The notes under the pieces are model-generated. The model was not told the DNA's origin and searched no databases. It saw nothing but the letters and a program-made list of their open reading frames with translations. DNA of 64,000 bases from the NCBI GenBank assembly GCA_963726255.1, contig CAVSBL010000002.1, positions 864,001-928,000 of the forward strand, written 5' to 3'. This document shows, piece by piece, positions 10,559 to 20,459 of this stretch. Made by a program: the position numbers and the translations under genes. Source of the DNA: Candidatus Bathyarchaeota archaeon. Its GTDB lineage: Archaea > Thermoproteota > Bathyarchaeia > 40CM-2-53-6. Within the stretch, counting starts at the first letter, position 1. Each line of letters opens with the position of its first letter.

Positions 10559-10977
10559 ATGTCTACCAGTTCTTCACCGGCTCCTGAACCTTCTGTTAAA
10601 CCACCGGAGAGCGACGTAAGTCGTTACAAGGTTAGGTTGGTTGTGGAGGATTACGGCGCGGCCGAGGGTGAATTGATTCGATTTCAAAGCCCAATCACTG
10701 TTGACAACTTGGCGAAAGCATTACCGTTCGAAGGTCGCGCGGCAAGGTGGAAGGAAGAAATCTATTTTGAGACTCCTGTGAAGTTGGGGGTTGAGAAACC
10801 AAAGAGCAACGTTGACGTTGGAACTATCGCTTACTGGCCCATGGGCTCGGCGCTGTGCATCTTCTACGGTACAACGCAGCCGTATAGCCCTGTCAATTTA
10901 GTTGGAAAAATCACAAGTAACCTGGAGTTGTTCGCAAAATAAAGAGTGGCACGAAAATACGGGTTGAGAAAGTCTAG
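10559..10977 (+). CDS. Cyclophilin-like fold protein (DUF369/TM1367-like); apparent one-base deletion in the A-run at ~10937
   Basis: WKEEIYFETP, IAYWPMGSALCIFYG, PVNLVGK; restoring one A gives the tail IKSGTKIRVEKV*. Confidence 0.8.
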
Positions 10978-11306
10978 GCTGCAGCCAACTTGTAGACTTT
11001 GATCCTCGCATTACCGCCGACAGATTTCACCATTCGGCGACGTTCCAGCTCCTCGAGGATATCCCTGGCAACACTGATCCTGACGTTGAACTGGGAAGCT
11101 ATGGCGTAGGGTGTGAGCGCACCCATCTTAGAGAGTTCACTCGTGAACTTGGCGTCTTCGAAGTTCGGAAGCCCTATTCCTGCGGTCTTCTTCTCGGCAA
11201 CGGTCTTACCCTTCGATTTCTTTGCTGGTTCAGGCTTCTTAGCAGCGTCTTGCTGAACCTGCTGCTTTTCCATTTGTGCTATGCTCTTCTTCTTGGCCCC
11301 ACCCAA
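10974..11306 (-). CDS. rps25e: 30S ribosomal protein eS25
   Basis: MGGAKKKSIAQMEK...LTPYAIASQFNVRISVARDILEELE; TTG start. Confidence 0.93.
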   Translation of the reverse strand: MGGAKKKSIAQMEKQQVQQDAAKKPEPAKKSKGKTVAEKKTAGIGLPNFEDAKFTSELSKMGALTPYAIASQFNVRISVARDILEELERRRMVKSVGGNARIKVYKLAAA

Positions 11307-11545
11307 TAGAAACCACTGGTAGCCGGCTACAAATGCAGCTAGATAAAAATCTTGGTCTAGGAGTTGACATATTCCAAGTAATGTGGCCGAGGGAATCGGC
11401 CCATTGAATCCACCGCCGTTCCATGTCCAGAGCGAGTATGGAACATGTTCCAGAATGGCCGATAGCCAGCAGCGTGCTGGCGCATCAAGCACGAGGCTCC
11501 TCCATTGGATAATGGACCGGTGTTAAGCTCGACAGAATAAGGCGA

Positions 11546-12250
11546 TTATTTGGGGAAAATTGGCATGTCCTTCACGTCGACGATTTTTGCGTAGAAGAAT
11601 TTGGCGTCGCTTGTGCTGTTTGAGTATTCAACCTTCTCGCCAGTGGGTTTGACGGCGATATATTTTACGAACCCCTTTTCAGGTGCCTCGTCTTGGGACA
11701 CGTAGAAGAAGACTGGCAGCGCGTCTGCTTCGTAGTAGTGTTCAAAGGGAATGCACGTGCCGATAATATGTTTCTTTCCTCGCATGAAATGCCACAGCGG
11801 GAACAACGTTCCTTCCCTTACTGAGAGCGGGAGCAAGATTCTAGCGATTGACTTGACGCCTTCAACCTCTGCCAGCATAGGGTGCGGCAGCTCTGGTGAT
11901 TCGCCGTCTAAGCTTTTCGCAAACGCTTCTGGCAAGGTTTTCAACTCCACGAACGAGGCGTATCGGAAACGAGTGTCATCCACGTCGTCGGTGAACATCC
12001 ACTCTTCGCCCTTCACTGAGTCGCTTCTGTACGCGAGGAACGCCCTGGGCGGAGTGTCAGAATAAGCGTAGGCAAGTATTGGGATGTCTCCTTCCCAGTA
12101 CATGTAAGCGGTAAACAATCCCAAGACATGCTTTCCTTTATGCTTGAAGTACCATAGGATTTGTGAGCCGTCGGTCAAGGCAAGTGCGAGCCGCACGAAA
12201 GCCTGCATATCTGTAACATGGACAGGGACTGGCGGCTTGATCGACTCCAT
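11546..12250 (-). CDS. Hypothetical protein made of two tandem ~115-aa homologous domains
   Basis: WYFKHKGKHVLG...PILAYAY...FRYASFVELK vs WHFMRGKKHIIG...PVFFYV...FFYAKIVDVK. Confidence 0.8.
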   Translation of the reverse strand: MESIKPPVPVHVTDMQAFVRLALALTDGSQILWYFKHKGKHVLGLFTAYMYWEGDIPILAYAYSDTPPRAFLAYRSDSVKGEEWMFTDDVDDTRFRYASFVELKTLPEAFAKSLDGESPELPHPMLAEVEGVKSIARILLPLSVREGTLFPLWHFMRGKKHIIGTCIPFEHYYEADALPVFFYVSQDEAPEKGFVKYIAVKPTGEKVEYSNSTSDAKFFYAKIVDVKDMPIFPK

Positions 12251-12741
12251 CTAACACACCGTTTCAGCTAGACACAGGGTTAGGAATAATTAAGCTTGCG
12301 AAGGGCCAATTTCAAACGATCGTCCTCTACGATGAGGACAAAATGTCCGAGGACAAGAAGGTCACTGAATCAATCTACCAACTAATCAGCGGCCCAAGGC
12401 TCTAAGCGAACCAAGTAGCTCAAATCCCCAGACCAACAGAACACTCCTCCGGACTTTGCGACACGCGGCCCCGTTACAAAGGCAAGTACCAACTTACCGG
12501 CGAAACGGTGTCATTTCAACCGCCGAAAAGGCATCATCTCGCCCGCGAATAGGCTACATTTCACGTCTGCATCCCCCCTGGTCTGGAGGCGGAGGTTGCT
12601 GCCTCTATCCCCGGGCTTAGTCCATGGTTTATCCTGGGAATACTCGTGGTAATCGGTGCGGAGAAATGCTGCGTCAACGGAGACGAAGGATCAAGCAAGC
12701 GGTGAACGAATTGATTCCAAGAGCTATTGGATGCGAGCCAA

Positions 12742-13488
12742 CTAGCGAAACAGATCGTCTTCCTCGGGTCTGACCAGGTCGCGAGCTGAACCCGTCCCGT
12801 GAACGTAATCGACGCCTTTGATGATTGCGACGGGCACCCCATCGCTCTTTCTCATGGCCAATTCAGCTGCCGAGGCCAATTCGTCGGCTACCGCCATTTG
12901 GGTAACGTTGAGAACGTAGCTGAACATATCTTTGGATCCTCTATAATCGACGATAGGTGGCAACCCATCAACACCAATCGCCACGTTCACTTGGCCAATT
13001 CGCCAGGCGCGGCCGAAAGTGTCTGAGATTATCACACCCACATCGACTCCGGTTAGCTGTCGAATTCGTTGCCTTATTTCGCCAGCTGACTTGTCGGGAT
13101 CCACAGGGAGTACAACGACCGCATCCGGATCTTCGACGTTGGACTTGTCGACGCCAGCGTTTGCACAGACGAACCCGTGTTCAGTCTGTACGATAATGTG
13201 GGGGCCCTGCAACCGCACGATCTTCGTGCTTTCTCTAAGGATGGTTTCAACGTGCCTAGGATCTTTCCCGCTGGCCTTCGAGATTTCCTCAGCCTTTGCG
13301 GAGGGCGTTATCGTCTTCAGGTTGACGACCCGCCCCTCAGCCTTTGACACAATTTTCTGAGCGATCACTACGATGTCATGCTCAGAGATTTGCACGCCTT
13401 CCTCTTTGGCGGCCTTAACAATTTGATCGGCTATGTTATCGCCGCGTTTGATGAGCGGGATTTTCCTAAGCCCGATTATTTGAATCAA
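12742..13488 (-). CDS. cofE: Coenzyme F420-0:L-glutamate ligase
   Basis: QKIVSKAEGR, CANAGVDKSN, ISDTFGRAWR, ADELASAA, EDDLFR. Confidence 0.93.
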   Translation of the reverse strand: MIQIIGLRKIPLIKRGDNIADQIVKAAKEEGVQISEHDIVVIAQKIVSKAEGRVVNLKTITPSAKAEEISKASGKDPRHVETILRESTKIVRLQGPHIIVQTEHGFVCANAGVDKSNVEDPDAVVVLPVDPDKSAGEIRQRIRQLTGVDVGVIISDTFGRAWRIGQVNVAIGVDGLPPIVDYRGSKDMFSYVLNVTQMAVADELASAAELAMRKSDGVPVAIIKGVDYVHGTGSARDLVRPEEDDLFR

Positions 13489-13493
13489 GGTGT

Positions 13494-16052
13494 CTACCCG
13501 CCGAAGAAGGATTCCAGTTTTTTCACGCCTGCCAAATCCTCGAATTCTACCCCTAAAGCGTCAAGTACCTGCTCAAACGTGCCGCGTATGTATTCGACGT
13601 ATTTCTCCGAATCGACCTCGTCGAGTCTCGCAAGTTGCACCGGTTTAACTCCGGACTCACCCCGAACTTTCACGAAGGAGATGATGTCACCTGGTTTCAT
13701 TTCAGCCCCGGCTTGCTGTAATTGCCTAGCCGCTTTGACATGCTGCGGGGTGGTTTTGGTGTAATGTTCTGGGGTTCTGCTCATCATCATTGAGAAGGCC
13801 AGCTCATGGAGCGTGTATTCCTTGCTTCGCAGCTTCACGAGGCACCTTTTCACAATTTCAGTGATTTTGGTTTTCGCTATGCCGATGTCTTCTGGGGATT
13901 TGACTTCGCTCAGAGTTGAAACCATTTGGTAGAAAGCGGTATGCAAGAACTCGGGTATGTGCCTCTTTTTCCCAGTCAAACCTTTGATATCCACGCTTCC
14001 ATCAGGGAGCACGCCGAAGTAGTTTTTCTTCCTTGAGCTTAGGGCTAGGTAGCGGTAGTTCTTGTCAATCTCTAACTCCATTCTCAGTTGGTCGCGGGAC
14101 CATTCAATTAGTCTGTTTAGCGCCTTCGTATCTTGGCCTTGTAGGAATATGGAATCTGTATCCCCGTAAAAAACCTCCAAGTCTAATTCCTGAGCCTTCT
14201 GCAATGCTTGGGTTATGACGTGGCGGCCTATTGCTGCTGTAGCCTCGGCGACAGGAGGGCAATACAACGCAAAATTGTCAGCCCCGAACACGCCGTATGA
14301 TGCGTTCAATTCGACTTTCAAAGCGTCAGATACGATTTTGTACCAACTTTGCACGTTTCTTGGTAGGGTACGGTCCTTTGACCTGACTTTGTACCTGCCA
14401 ACTCGAAGATCCCTAAGCGAACCGATCAGTAAGCTCTCGAGCCCCCGTTTCTTCTTGCAAACCCAGTGTGGGGTTCCTGGAACCAGGTTTGTCTTACAAT
14501 CATCATGCGGGCACCGAACAGTCTCATAGCCGAGGTTCCAGACTTTAATGATCGAAGGGTACAGAGACGCAAAGTCGAGGACGGCGACGTTAAAGTGCAC
14601 GCCTGGCTTGGGCTCTACAACGATGGCACCTTTGTACTTCTTGCCTTTAATGACCGCTTCTGTTGTCGTTTGCCCTTTGACCTCAAGAATTTCGTCCCTT
14701 CTGGGTATCAAGTATCCGCGCTTGCGGTGATGGCAGAACATTATGCTTCGAATCCAACCCGAGACGCCCTGCCTCGAGACATCATCCAAAGTCATGTAAC
14801 TGATCCTCGAAATCGCTGTCATCAACTTCAGGACCAAGTCTTCATTGAATGAGGTTAGGTTGAGAACGATTTCGGAGTCACGGTAACAATAGGCCGCCAG
14901 TTGTCTGTAGGATGCTTTCGACACTGATTCTATCTCCACCTTTGGAGTGCCGATCAGCGCTTCACCGACAGCGTCCAACGTGTTCTCGCGGTATTTCTGG
15001 CCGAATGCGTAAATCTGAATGGACCTGTTGAAGAAGAACTTGTAAAGGTCTAAGTGAACCCCATACCTGAGAAATGCAACATCTCGTCCCAACTCAATCG
15101 GAATTTCTTCATTCCTGAAACCCAACCTTTGGGCGCGATGGTAGAGGTACTTGAGGTCGAAATCGTCGCCGTTGAATGTGACTACAATAGGATATTCCAA
15201 GAAGTTTTGGAAAAGGGCTAACAGCAACTCCACTTCAGAATCAAAGAACTCTAGTTTAACAGCTGGAGGCAGCGGAGATTCTCCATCTGATATCCCCTCT
15301 CTGCGAAGTAACAGAACCCGATTCACTCCATCTGACCCCACAAGGCTTGCGCAAATCACCTGTTGTTCCGATAATTCCGGATCGGGGATGCGTGACTCCA
15401 CTGTTTGGTGTACTTCAATGTCGACTGCAACCCTGCGGTACTGCGGCACGGGGCATTCGAGTAGCCTTGTCCATTCCTTGGCGAGCTCTTTGTATTCATC
15501 AGATTCTTCTTGAAACAGTCCTTCAATTTCCTTACTTGCTTGCTCTGGAAGTTCGTACTTGACTGGCGTGAGGCGTTTCTCTTTGAGTTCGTACATCATT
15601 CCGGGTTCGAGGCCGCGGTCGTAGATGTAGTTCTCGACATACTTTATGTCAGCCTCCCAGGCAGTTATCGAGTCTCGGATGGACCCAGTGGGCTTTCCGC
15701 CGATTGTTAGGGGGTCTTTCGCAACGATTTTCGTCACCCTTACCTGTTGGCTTCTGAGTGCATCAAATTTCTCTTCCTCTTCGAAATGGTCGAAGCCTAG
15801 GTTCTTTGCCACTGCATCGACTTTCTGAAGTTCGTTGATCGGTTGCTTGCTGTAACAGTAGGGCTTGTGGCCGGAATCATCGAACCAGAAATAGATCTTA
15901 TGCGACTTTGGCTCGTAAAGGCGCAGGAAACACTTCTTGAGGCCCCCGTCATAACCTATGGAGATTAGGTACGATGGTGGAATTGTCGGAGACGCTGCGG
16001 GAGAGAAAAGCAAGCTCTGCCGGTTCAGAAGCGGCTTCGGTGCTGGATTCAC
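13494..16052 (-). CDS. polB1: Family B DNA polymerase (PolB1 type)
   Basis: Exonuclease DIE, TFNGDDFD, YCYRD; polymerase DFASLYPSII, NASYG, YGDTDS, KKNY; PolB1-type N-terminus GHKPYC. Confidence 0.95.
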   Translation of the reverse strand: MNPAPKPLLNRQSLLFSPAASPTIPPSYLISIGYDGGLKKCFLRLYEPKSHKIYFWFDDSGHKPYCYSKQPINELQKVDAVAKNLGFDHFEEEEKFDALRSQQVRVTKIVAKDPLTIGGKPTGSIRDSITAWEADIKYVENYIYDRGLEPGMMYELKEKRLTPVKYELPEQASKEIEGLFQEESDEYKELAKEWTRLLECPVPQYRRVAVDIEVHQTVESRIPDPELSEQQVICASLVGSDGVNRVLLLRREGISDGESPLPPAVKLEFFDSEVELLLALFQNFLEYPIVVTFNGDDFDLKYLYHRAQRLGFRNEEIPIELGRDVAFLRYGVHLDLYKFFFNRSIQIYAFGQKYRENTLDAVGEALIGTPKVEIESVSKASYRQLAAYCYRDSEIVLNLTSFNEDLVLKLMTAISRISYMTLDDVSRQGVSGWIRSIMFCHHRKRGYLIPRRDEILEVKGQTTTEAVIKGKKYKGAIVVEPKPGVHFNVAVLDFASLYPSIIKVWNLGYETVRCPHDDCKTNLVPGTPHWVCKKKRGLESLLIGSLRDLRVGRYKVRSKDRTLPRNVQSWYKIVSDALKVELNASYGVFGADNFALYCPPVAEATAAIGRHVITQALQKAQELDLEVFYGDTDSIFLQGQDTKALNRLIEWSRDQLRMELEIDKNYRYLALSSRKKNYFGVLPDGSVDIKGLTGKKRHIPEFLHTAFYQMVSTLSEVKSPEDIGIAKTKITEIVKRCLVKLRSKEYTLHELAFSMMMSRTPEHYTKTTPQHVKAARQLQQAGAEMKPGDIISFVKVRGESGVKPVQLARLDEVDSEKYVEYIRGTFEQVLDALGVEFEDLAGVKKLESFFGG

Positions 16053-16221
16053 TTCAACGGGTTTTTCGATGAAGTAGCTTTCAAGTGTCTTCGCCGTGTG
16101 CAGGCCTCCGGAAAACCGCCTAGGATGCTTACTGTTCCTACTAAATAGTATTGCAATCTTTGCAAACCTCCCTGACAGAGTACTACCGGTGCAGTTATGC
16201 TCGCACTAAATAACTGCGCAG

Positions 16222-17568
16222 ATGAATAGCGCGCAAGGTGCTGGCGTGGCCCTGATGAAAGATTCGCTCGCCGTAGCAATCGAAGCTCTCAGCTGGATGG
16301 CCTACACAGGCCTCGGCGAAAGAACTGCCCTATTCAGAGCCGCTGACCAGATGAAGGTCAAGGACTCGGCTGAACTTCGCCAAGCGCATAGATTGATTAT
16401 GGAAACGACACGATTCCAGAACCGACTTGACTACCTGATTTCACAGGTAGTCTCCAATGAAGAGATTGCGCGCGTTCCTCATGGTATAAGGAGCTTCTTG
16501 AGAATTATTGCTTACCTCAAGTACGTTCAAGGCGCGCGGCAAAACGACCTAGAACGTCAGGTAGGCTTGGCCAGGCAAATCCTAGGTTGGAAGGACTTAC
16601 GCTCATACGAGACACAGCTCGCGATAATTGTCGCCGGGGGAGCAGTTCGGCACCCCGCCTTACCCGAGTCCATAGGACTTTCGCTGGAAACATGCCACCC
16701 ACCCTGGTTTGTCGAGCGGATCGTGAACGTGTTCGGGAGAAGTTTCGGTCTCCGAATCTTGCAAAGAAATTTGGAACCCATGCTTTCGTACTTTCGCCTA
16801 AACTCGCTGAAGCCCGTTGACGAAGCTCGCGCCGGCTTAATGAGCGGAGAGGTAGGAGATTTGGTTAATGGAGTTGATGGAGTTTTCCGCTCTGATAGGA
16901 AAGGCCGACCGTCCCGGCTCGTCGAATCTGGCGCGGTGGTGGTGCAAGATCTTGCGAGCATTACTGCTGGGCTCGTAGCGTCCCCCAAGCCTGGGGATGT
17001 TGTCCTCGACATTTGCGCCGCACCAGGAAACAAAACAACCCACCTTGCTGCCCAGATGCAGAATAGAGGCCAAATCTATTCGGTCGACATTTCCAGTCGC
17101 CGCCTTTCTTATTGGATGAGGGAAATGGCGAGATGCGGCTGCGAAATAGCAGCGCCCATTCGCACCGACGCGAGACGACTCCCCTTCAGGACTGAGGCAA
17201 ACGTCGTCCTCGTCGATCCACCATGCTCAAACAGCGGAGTATTCGCGAGAAGCCCCGGCGGGAAATGGAAACTAACGCCTGCGGGCGTAAATGAGTTCGC
17301 ATTGAGACAATACTCGATACTTCAAGCGGCAGCCGGCTATGTAACGTGGGACGCCCCACTCGTCTATTGCACCTGCAGCATTTTGCCTGAAGAGAACGAA
17401 TTCGTCATCGATAGTTTCCTGAGGAGAAATCCGGACTTCAAATTGATCCCGCAAACCCCATTCTTAGGTTCGCATGGATTGTGGGGGTTCGACCTGTGCC
17501 AGAGGTTCTACCCGCACTTGCATGAATGTAATGGGTACTTTATAGCGAAATTGAAGAGAACGGGTTAG
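16222..17568 (+). CDS. RsmB/NOP2/Sun RNA m5C methyltransferase
   Basis: QDLAS, LDICAAPGNKT, VDPPCS, YCTCSILPEENE. Confidence 0.93.
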   Translation: MNSAQGAGVALMKDSLAVAIEALSWMAYTGLGERTALFRAADQMKVKDSAELRQAHRLIMETTRFQNRLDYLISQVVSNEEIARVPHGIRSFLRIIAYLKYVQGARQNDLERQVGLARQILGWKDLRSYETQLAIIVAGGAVRHPALPESIGLSLETCHPPWFVERIVNVFGRSFGLRILQRNLEPMLSYFRLNSLKPVDEARAGLMSGEVGDLVNGVDGVFRSDRKGRPSRLVESGAVVVQDLASITAGLVASPKPGDVVLDICAAPGNKTTHLAAQMQNRGQIYSVDISSRRLSYWMREMARCGCEIAAPIRTDARRLPFRTEANVVLVDPPCSNSGVFARSPGGKWKLTPAGVNEFALRQYSILQAAAGYVTWDAPLVYCTCSILPEENEFVIDSFLRRNPDFKLIPQTPFLGSHGLWGFDLCQRFYPHLHECNGYFIAKLKRTG

Positions 17569-18470
17569 TGCTTCCTTGACTTCTCAGCCTTCGAGATAAC
17601 TTCGAATATTAGTCGGGCGGCGGCTACGGCAGTGGCACCCGAATCGTAGTTTGGACAGACCTCCACAAGGTCGAACCCGACCATCTTCTCGTCAGCTACC
17701 GCTGTGGTTAGGGTGATGAGTTCCTCTGGAGTTAAGCCGTCGAATTCAGGGTTCGATACTCCGGGTGCGAAGGCTGGGTCCAGAACGTCGGTGTCGATGG
17801 TTAGGTAAGTGTGTTCGAACTTGCGAGTGAATGTCTTCACCCGTTCCGTGGCTTTGGCCAAGCCTAGTTCTCTAATCTCCCAAGGGGTCATCTTCTCGAT
17901 TTTTCGTTGCGCAATGAAATCGACTTCTTCTTTGCAGAGGGCTCGCACGCCGCACACAAGAACGTTGTCTGCACCAACAATTTCCGTAATACGTCTCAGA
18001 ACTGTTGCGTGTGACAACTTCCCCCCGCCGTATTCGTCCCTCAAGTCTCCGTGTGCATCGAAACTGATTACTCCAACAGGTTTCGGCAGGCTGCGAACTG
18101 GGCCTTGGGTAATCGTGTGTTCACCACCGATGATAACTGGCATCTTTCCCACGGAGAGAATATCTTTCGTAACCTTAGTCAGCCGGTCAAGCGTTTCAGA
18201 AACGTTATCGACGACGTGAAGGTCTCCTGCGTCGTGTATTGGAACATTTTCGATGTCAATGCCTGTTCGAAGGCTGTAGGTTTCAATGTTCAGGGATGCG
18301 TCGCGAATCGCTCTTGGCGCAAAACGGGAACCCGCCCTAAAGGTACTTGTATGATCATACGGCACACCCAGTACCACGTATCGCGACTCGTCTAACGGTT
18401 TTGAGTAACCTGAAAAATCGTCGACCTTTGACGTGTGAAAGCTCAGATTCTCTAACAAATTCCGTATCAC
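17565..18470 (-). CDS. speB: Agmatinase
   Basis: GGEHT, FDAHGD, SHAT, DTDVLDPAFAPG, DLVEVCP. Confidence 0.93.
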   Translation of the reverse strand: MIRNLLENLSFHTSKVDDFSGYSKPLDESRYVVLGVPYDHTSTFRAGSRFAPRAIRDASLNIETYSLRTGIDIENVPIHDAGDLHVVDNVSETLDRLTKVTKDILSVGKMPVIIGGEHTITQGPVRSLPKPVGVISFDAHGDLRDEYGGGKLSHATVLRRITEIVGADNVLVCGVRALCKEEVDFIAQRKIEKMTPWEIRELGLAKATERVKTFTRKFEHTYLTIDTDVLDPAFAPGVSNPEFDGLTPEELITLTTAVADEKMVGFDLVEVCPNYDSGATAVAAARLIFEVISKAEKSRKH

Positions 18471-18526
18471 TTCGGACTGGCAAAGCTTTATGGCACATGT
18501 TCAGGCGTAATAAGGCCTCCCAAAAT

Positions 18527-18985
18527 TTGGCGGCGGAGAGATTGACGGAAAAGTTCAGTGAACGGACGGTGGGCCTCTGGGTGCCCCTAGGATTCTATGC
18601 GATTGGCGGAGTGTACATGCTGGCCTTCTGGGGCCTGTTCGATAGGGCCGCGTACCATCTCTTGGTTCTTGGTGGCATATCAATAATCATCGCTGTTGCC
18701 TTGTACTTCATATCGCGTTGGGCCTACTGGCTTGGGATTTTCACCTTCCCGTTGCTGTTCGCTCTTTTTGCCTACGCGATTGCGTTCTCGGTTAATGTTG
18801 TGGGATGGGATCCGAACATCCCGAACGCCGTACTGAACGCATCGATGGTCGTTTACCTCGTATTCCTGACGCTGTCATTCCTCCTGTTGATTGACAGAAG
18901 GAATACGCTCAAAAGCGACAGGATACTCGACATGCTGCACAAACCACTCGCGGCACCGTCAACAGAGAAGCAGACACAGCCGTAG
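18527..18985 (+). CDS. Four-TM membrane protein
   Basis: Four hydrophobic segments; fills the gap between speB and the GT2 gene. Confidence 0.7.
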   Translation: MAAERLTEKFSERTVGLWVPLGFYAIGGVYMLAFWGLFDRAAYHLLVLGGISIIIAVALYFISRWAYWLGIFTFPLLFALFAYAIAFSVNVVGWDPNIPNAVLNASMVVYLVFLTLSFLLLIDRRNTLKSDRILDMLHKPLAAPSTEKQTQP

Positions 18986-19050
18986 ACTGCATATCAAAAC
19001 GAACGTTTTCGCACGCAACTCCCGGCACGAATAACGAAGCCTATGGGCGA

Positions 19051-20382
19051 TTAGTCTCCGCTCATATGCGCCCAACTTTCTGCTGCATTCGGAATTGAAC
19101 CAAGCTTGGGTGTGCGGTAGAAGTACGGCGTCCGCGAAAATAGGCCCTCAATGACGGCCTTTGTATTGCTAAGAAGCAGGCCATAGACAAGTGCACCCAA
19201 GTAGCCGAGGTGTAGTAGCCGCCTGGCTTTTGTTATGCCGAGTTGCGAAAATTCAGACAACGTAACCCCAGAAGCGATGAGGGGAGCGCTGTAGATTACG
19301 AGCGAGAGAAAGAAGGTTAACAGTGCGACCTGGTACCTCCAGAACCCCATCAACCAGAAGGATGGAGGAAAAATCGAGTAGTACAACAAGGCGACAACAA
19401 CGCCTATGATCGTCAATGGGCAGATGAAGTAAGTTCCTAAGTGCAGCAAGGCTTCCATTTTCTGAAAGAAGTTCAGGCGGTCGCTGCGAATGATTGAGCC
19501 ACCGTATTTCCTCAAGCATTCAGAGAAGCCTTTCGCCCAACGGAATTGTTGGTGCCTCAAATTGTCGAAGCTCGGTGGAATCTCGCCTGGGCACACAACC
19601 GTGGGGACGTAAATGTATCGCCATCCTTTCAGGTGCAACCTTATTGATAGGTCGAGGTCCTCTGCAAGCGTGTCAGAACTCCACCCGCCCGCGTCCTCGA
19701 TCGCACCCCTTCTGAAAACTCCGCATGTCCCGCTGAAATGTGCAAGTAGGTTGCCGACGTACCTAGCCCGCTGATCTACAAAGGCGTAAACATCTATTCC
19801 AAGGGAAATGGCTTTGGCGATCCAGGAGAACTGGCCGTCAAGGTAACTCCACCTCGATTGCACAAACGCGACCTTCTCATCTACGTAAAGGTAGGGAATC
19901 ATCTTCCTCAAGAAATCTCGAGGAGGGACATAATCCGCGTCAAAGAGGGCAATGAATTCGCCGTCACTATTCTCCATCGCCAGCTGAAGAGCGCCGGCCT
20001 TGAACCCGGTCCGGTCCTCTCGATGGATTAACTTCACCAAGCCAGGAAATTTGGCTTCAAATTCCCGAGCAATCTTGGTCGTTCCATCCGACGAGTCGTC
20101 TACTACAACTATTTCGAGCTTATCGCGCGGATAATCGAGTTTCGTACAAGCGTCGAGAATGCGTTTCGCGACGCCTTCCTCGTTGAAAAGTGGCAGGTGA
20201 ACCGAAACCTTCGGCAACGAATCAAGGCTTGGAGGATCCGCAACTTTGCTCCTTCCCCTAAGGGACAGGATCGTTAGGACCCAGATGTTGAAGGCATAAA
20301 TCGAAATTAGGCCCGTGACCATCGCAACCAGGAACAGCACTAATTGCTGTAGGTTGGTCAGGTTCGCTGGAAACCAATTCAT
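19051..20382 (-). CDS. Processive GT2 glycosyltransferase (cellulose synthase-like)
   Basis: DDSSD, FKAGAL, FDAD, LAED, QQFRW; C-terminal TMs. Confidence 0.92.
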   Translation of the reverse strand: MNWFPANLTNLQQLVLFLVAMVTGLISIYAFNIWVLTILSLRGRSKVADPPSLDSLPKVSVHLPLFNEEGVAKRILDACTKLDYPRDKLEIVVVDDSSDGTTKIAREFEAKFPGLVKLIHREDRTGFKAGALQLAMENSDGEFIALFDADYVPPRDFLRKMIPYLYVDEKVAFVQSRWSYLDGQFSWIAKAISLGIDVYAFVDQRARYVGNLLAHFSGTCGVFRRGAIEDAGGWSSDTLAEDLDLSIRLHLKGWRYIYVPTVVCPGEIPPSFDNLRHQQFRWAKGFSECLRKYGGSIIRSDRLNFFQKMEALLHLGTYFICPLTIIGVVVALLYYSIFPPSFWLMGFWRYQVALLTFFLSLVIYSAPLIASGVTLSEFSQLGITKARRLLHLGYLGALVYGLLLSNTKAVIEGLFSRTPYFYRTPKLGSIPNAAESWAHMSGD

Positions 20383-20459
20383 AAAGGCCGACTTCCAAAT
20401 GACGAAACGGTTCGTAGCGTAACCTCAACGGGTATAAGGCTTTCCAGACCGTTGAACTG

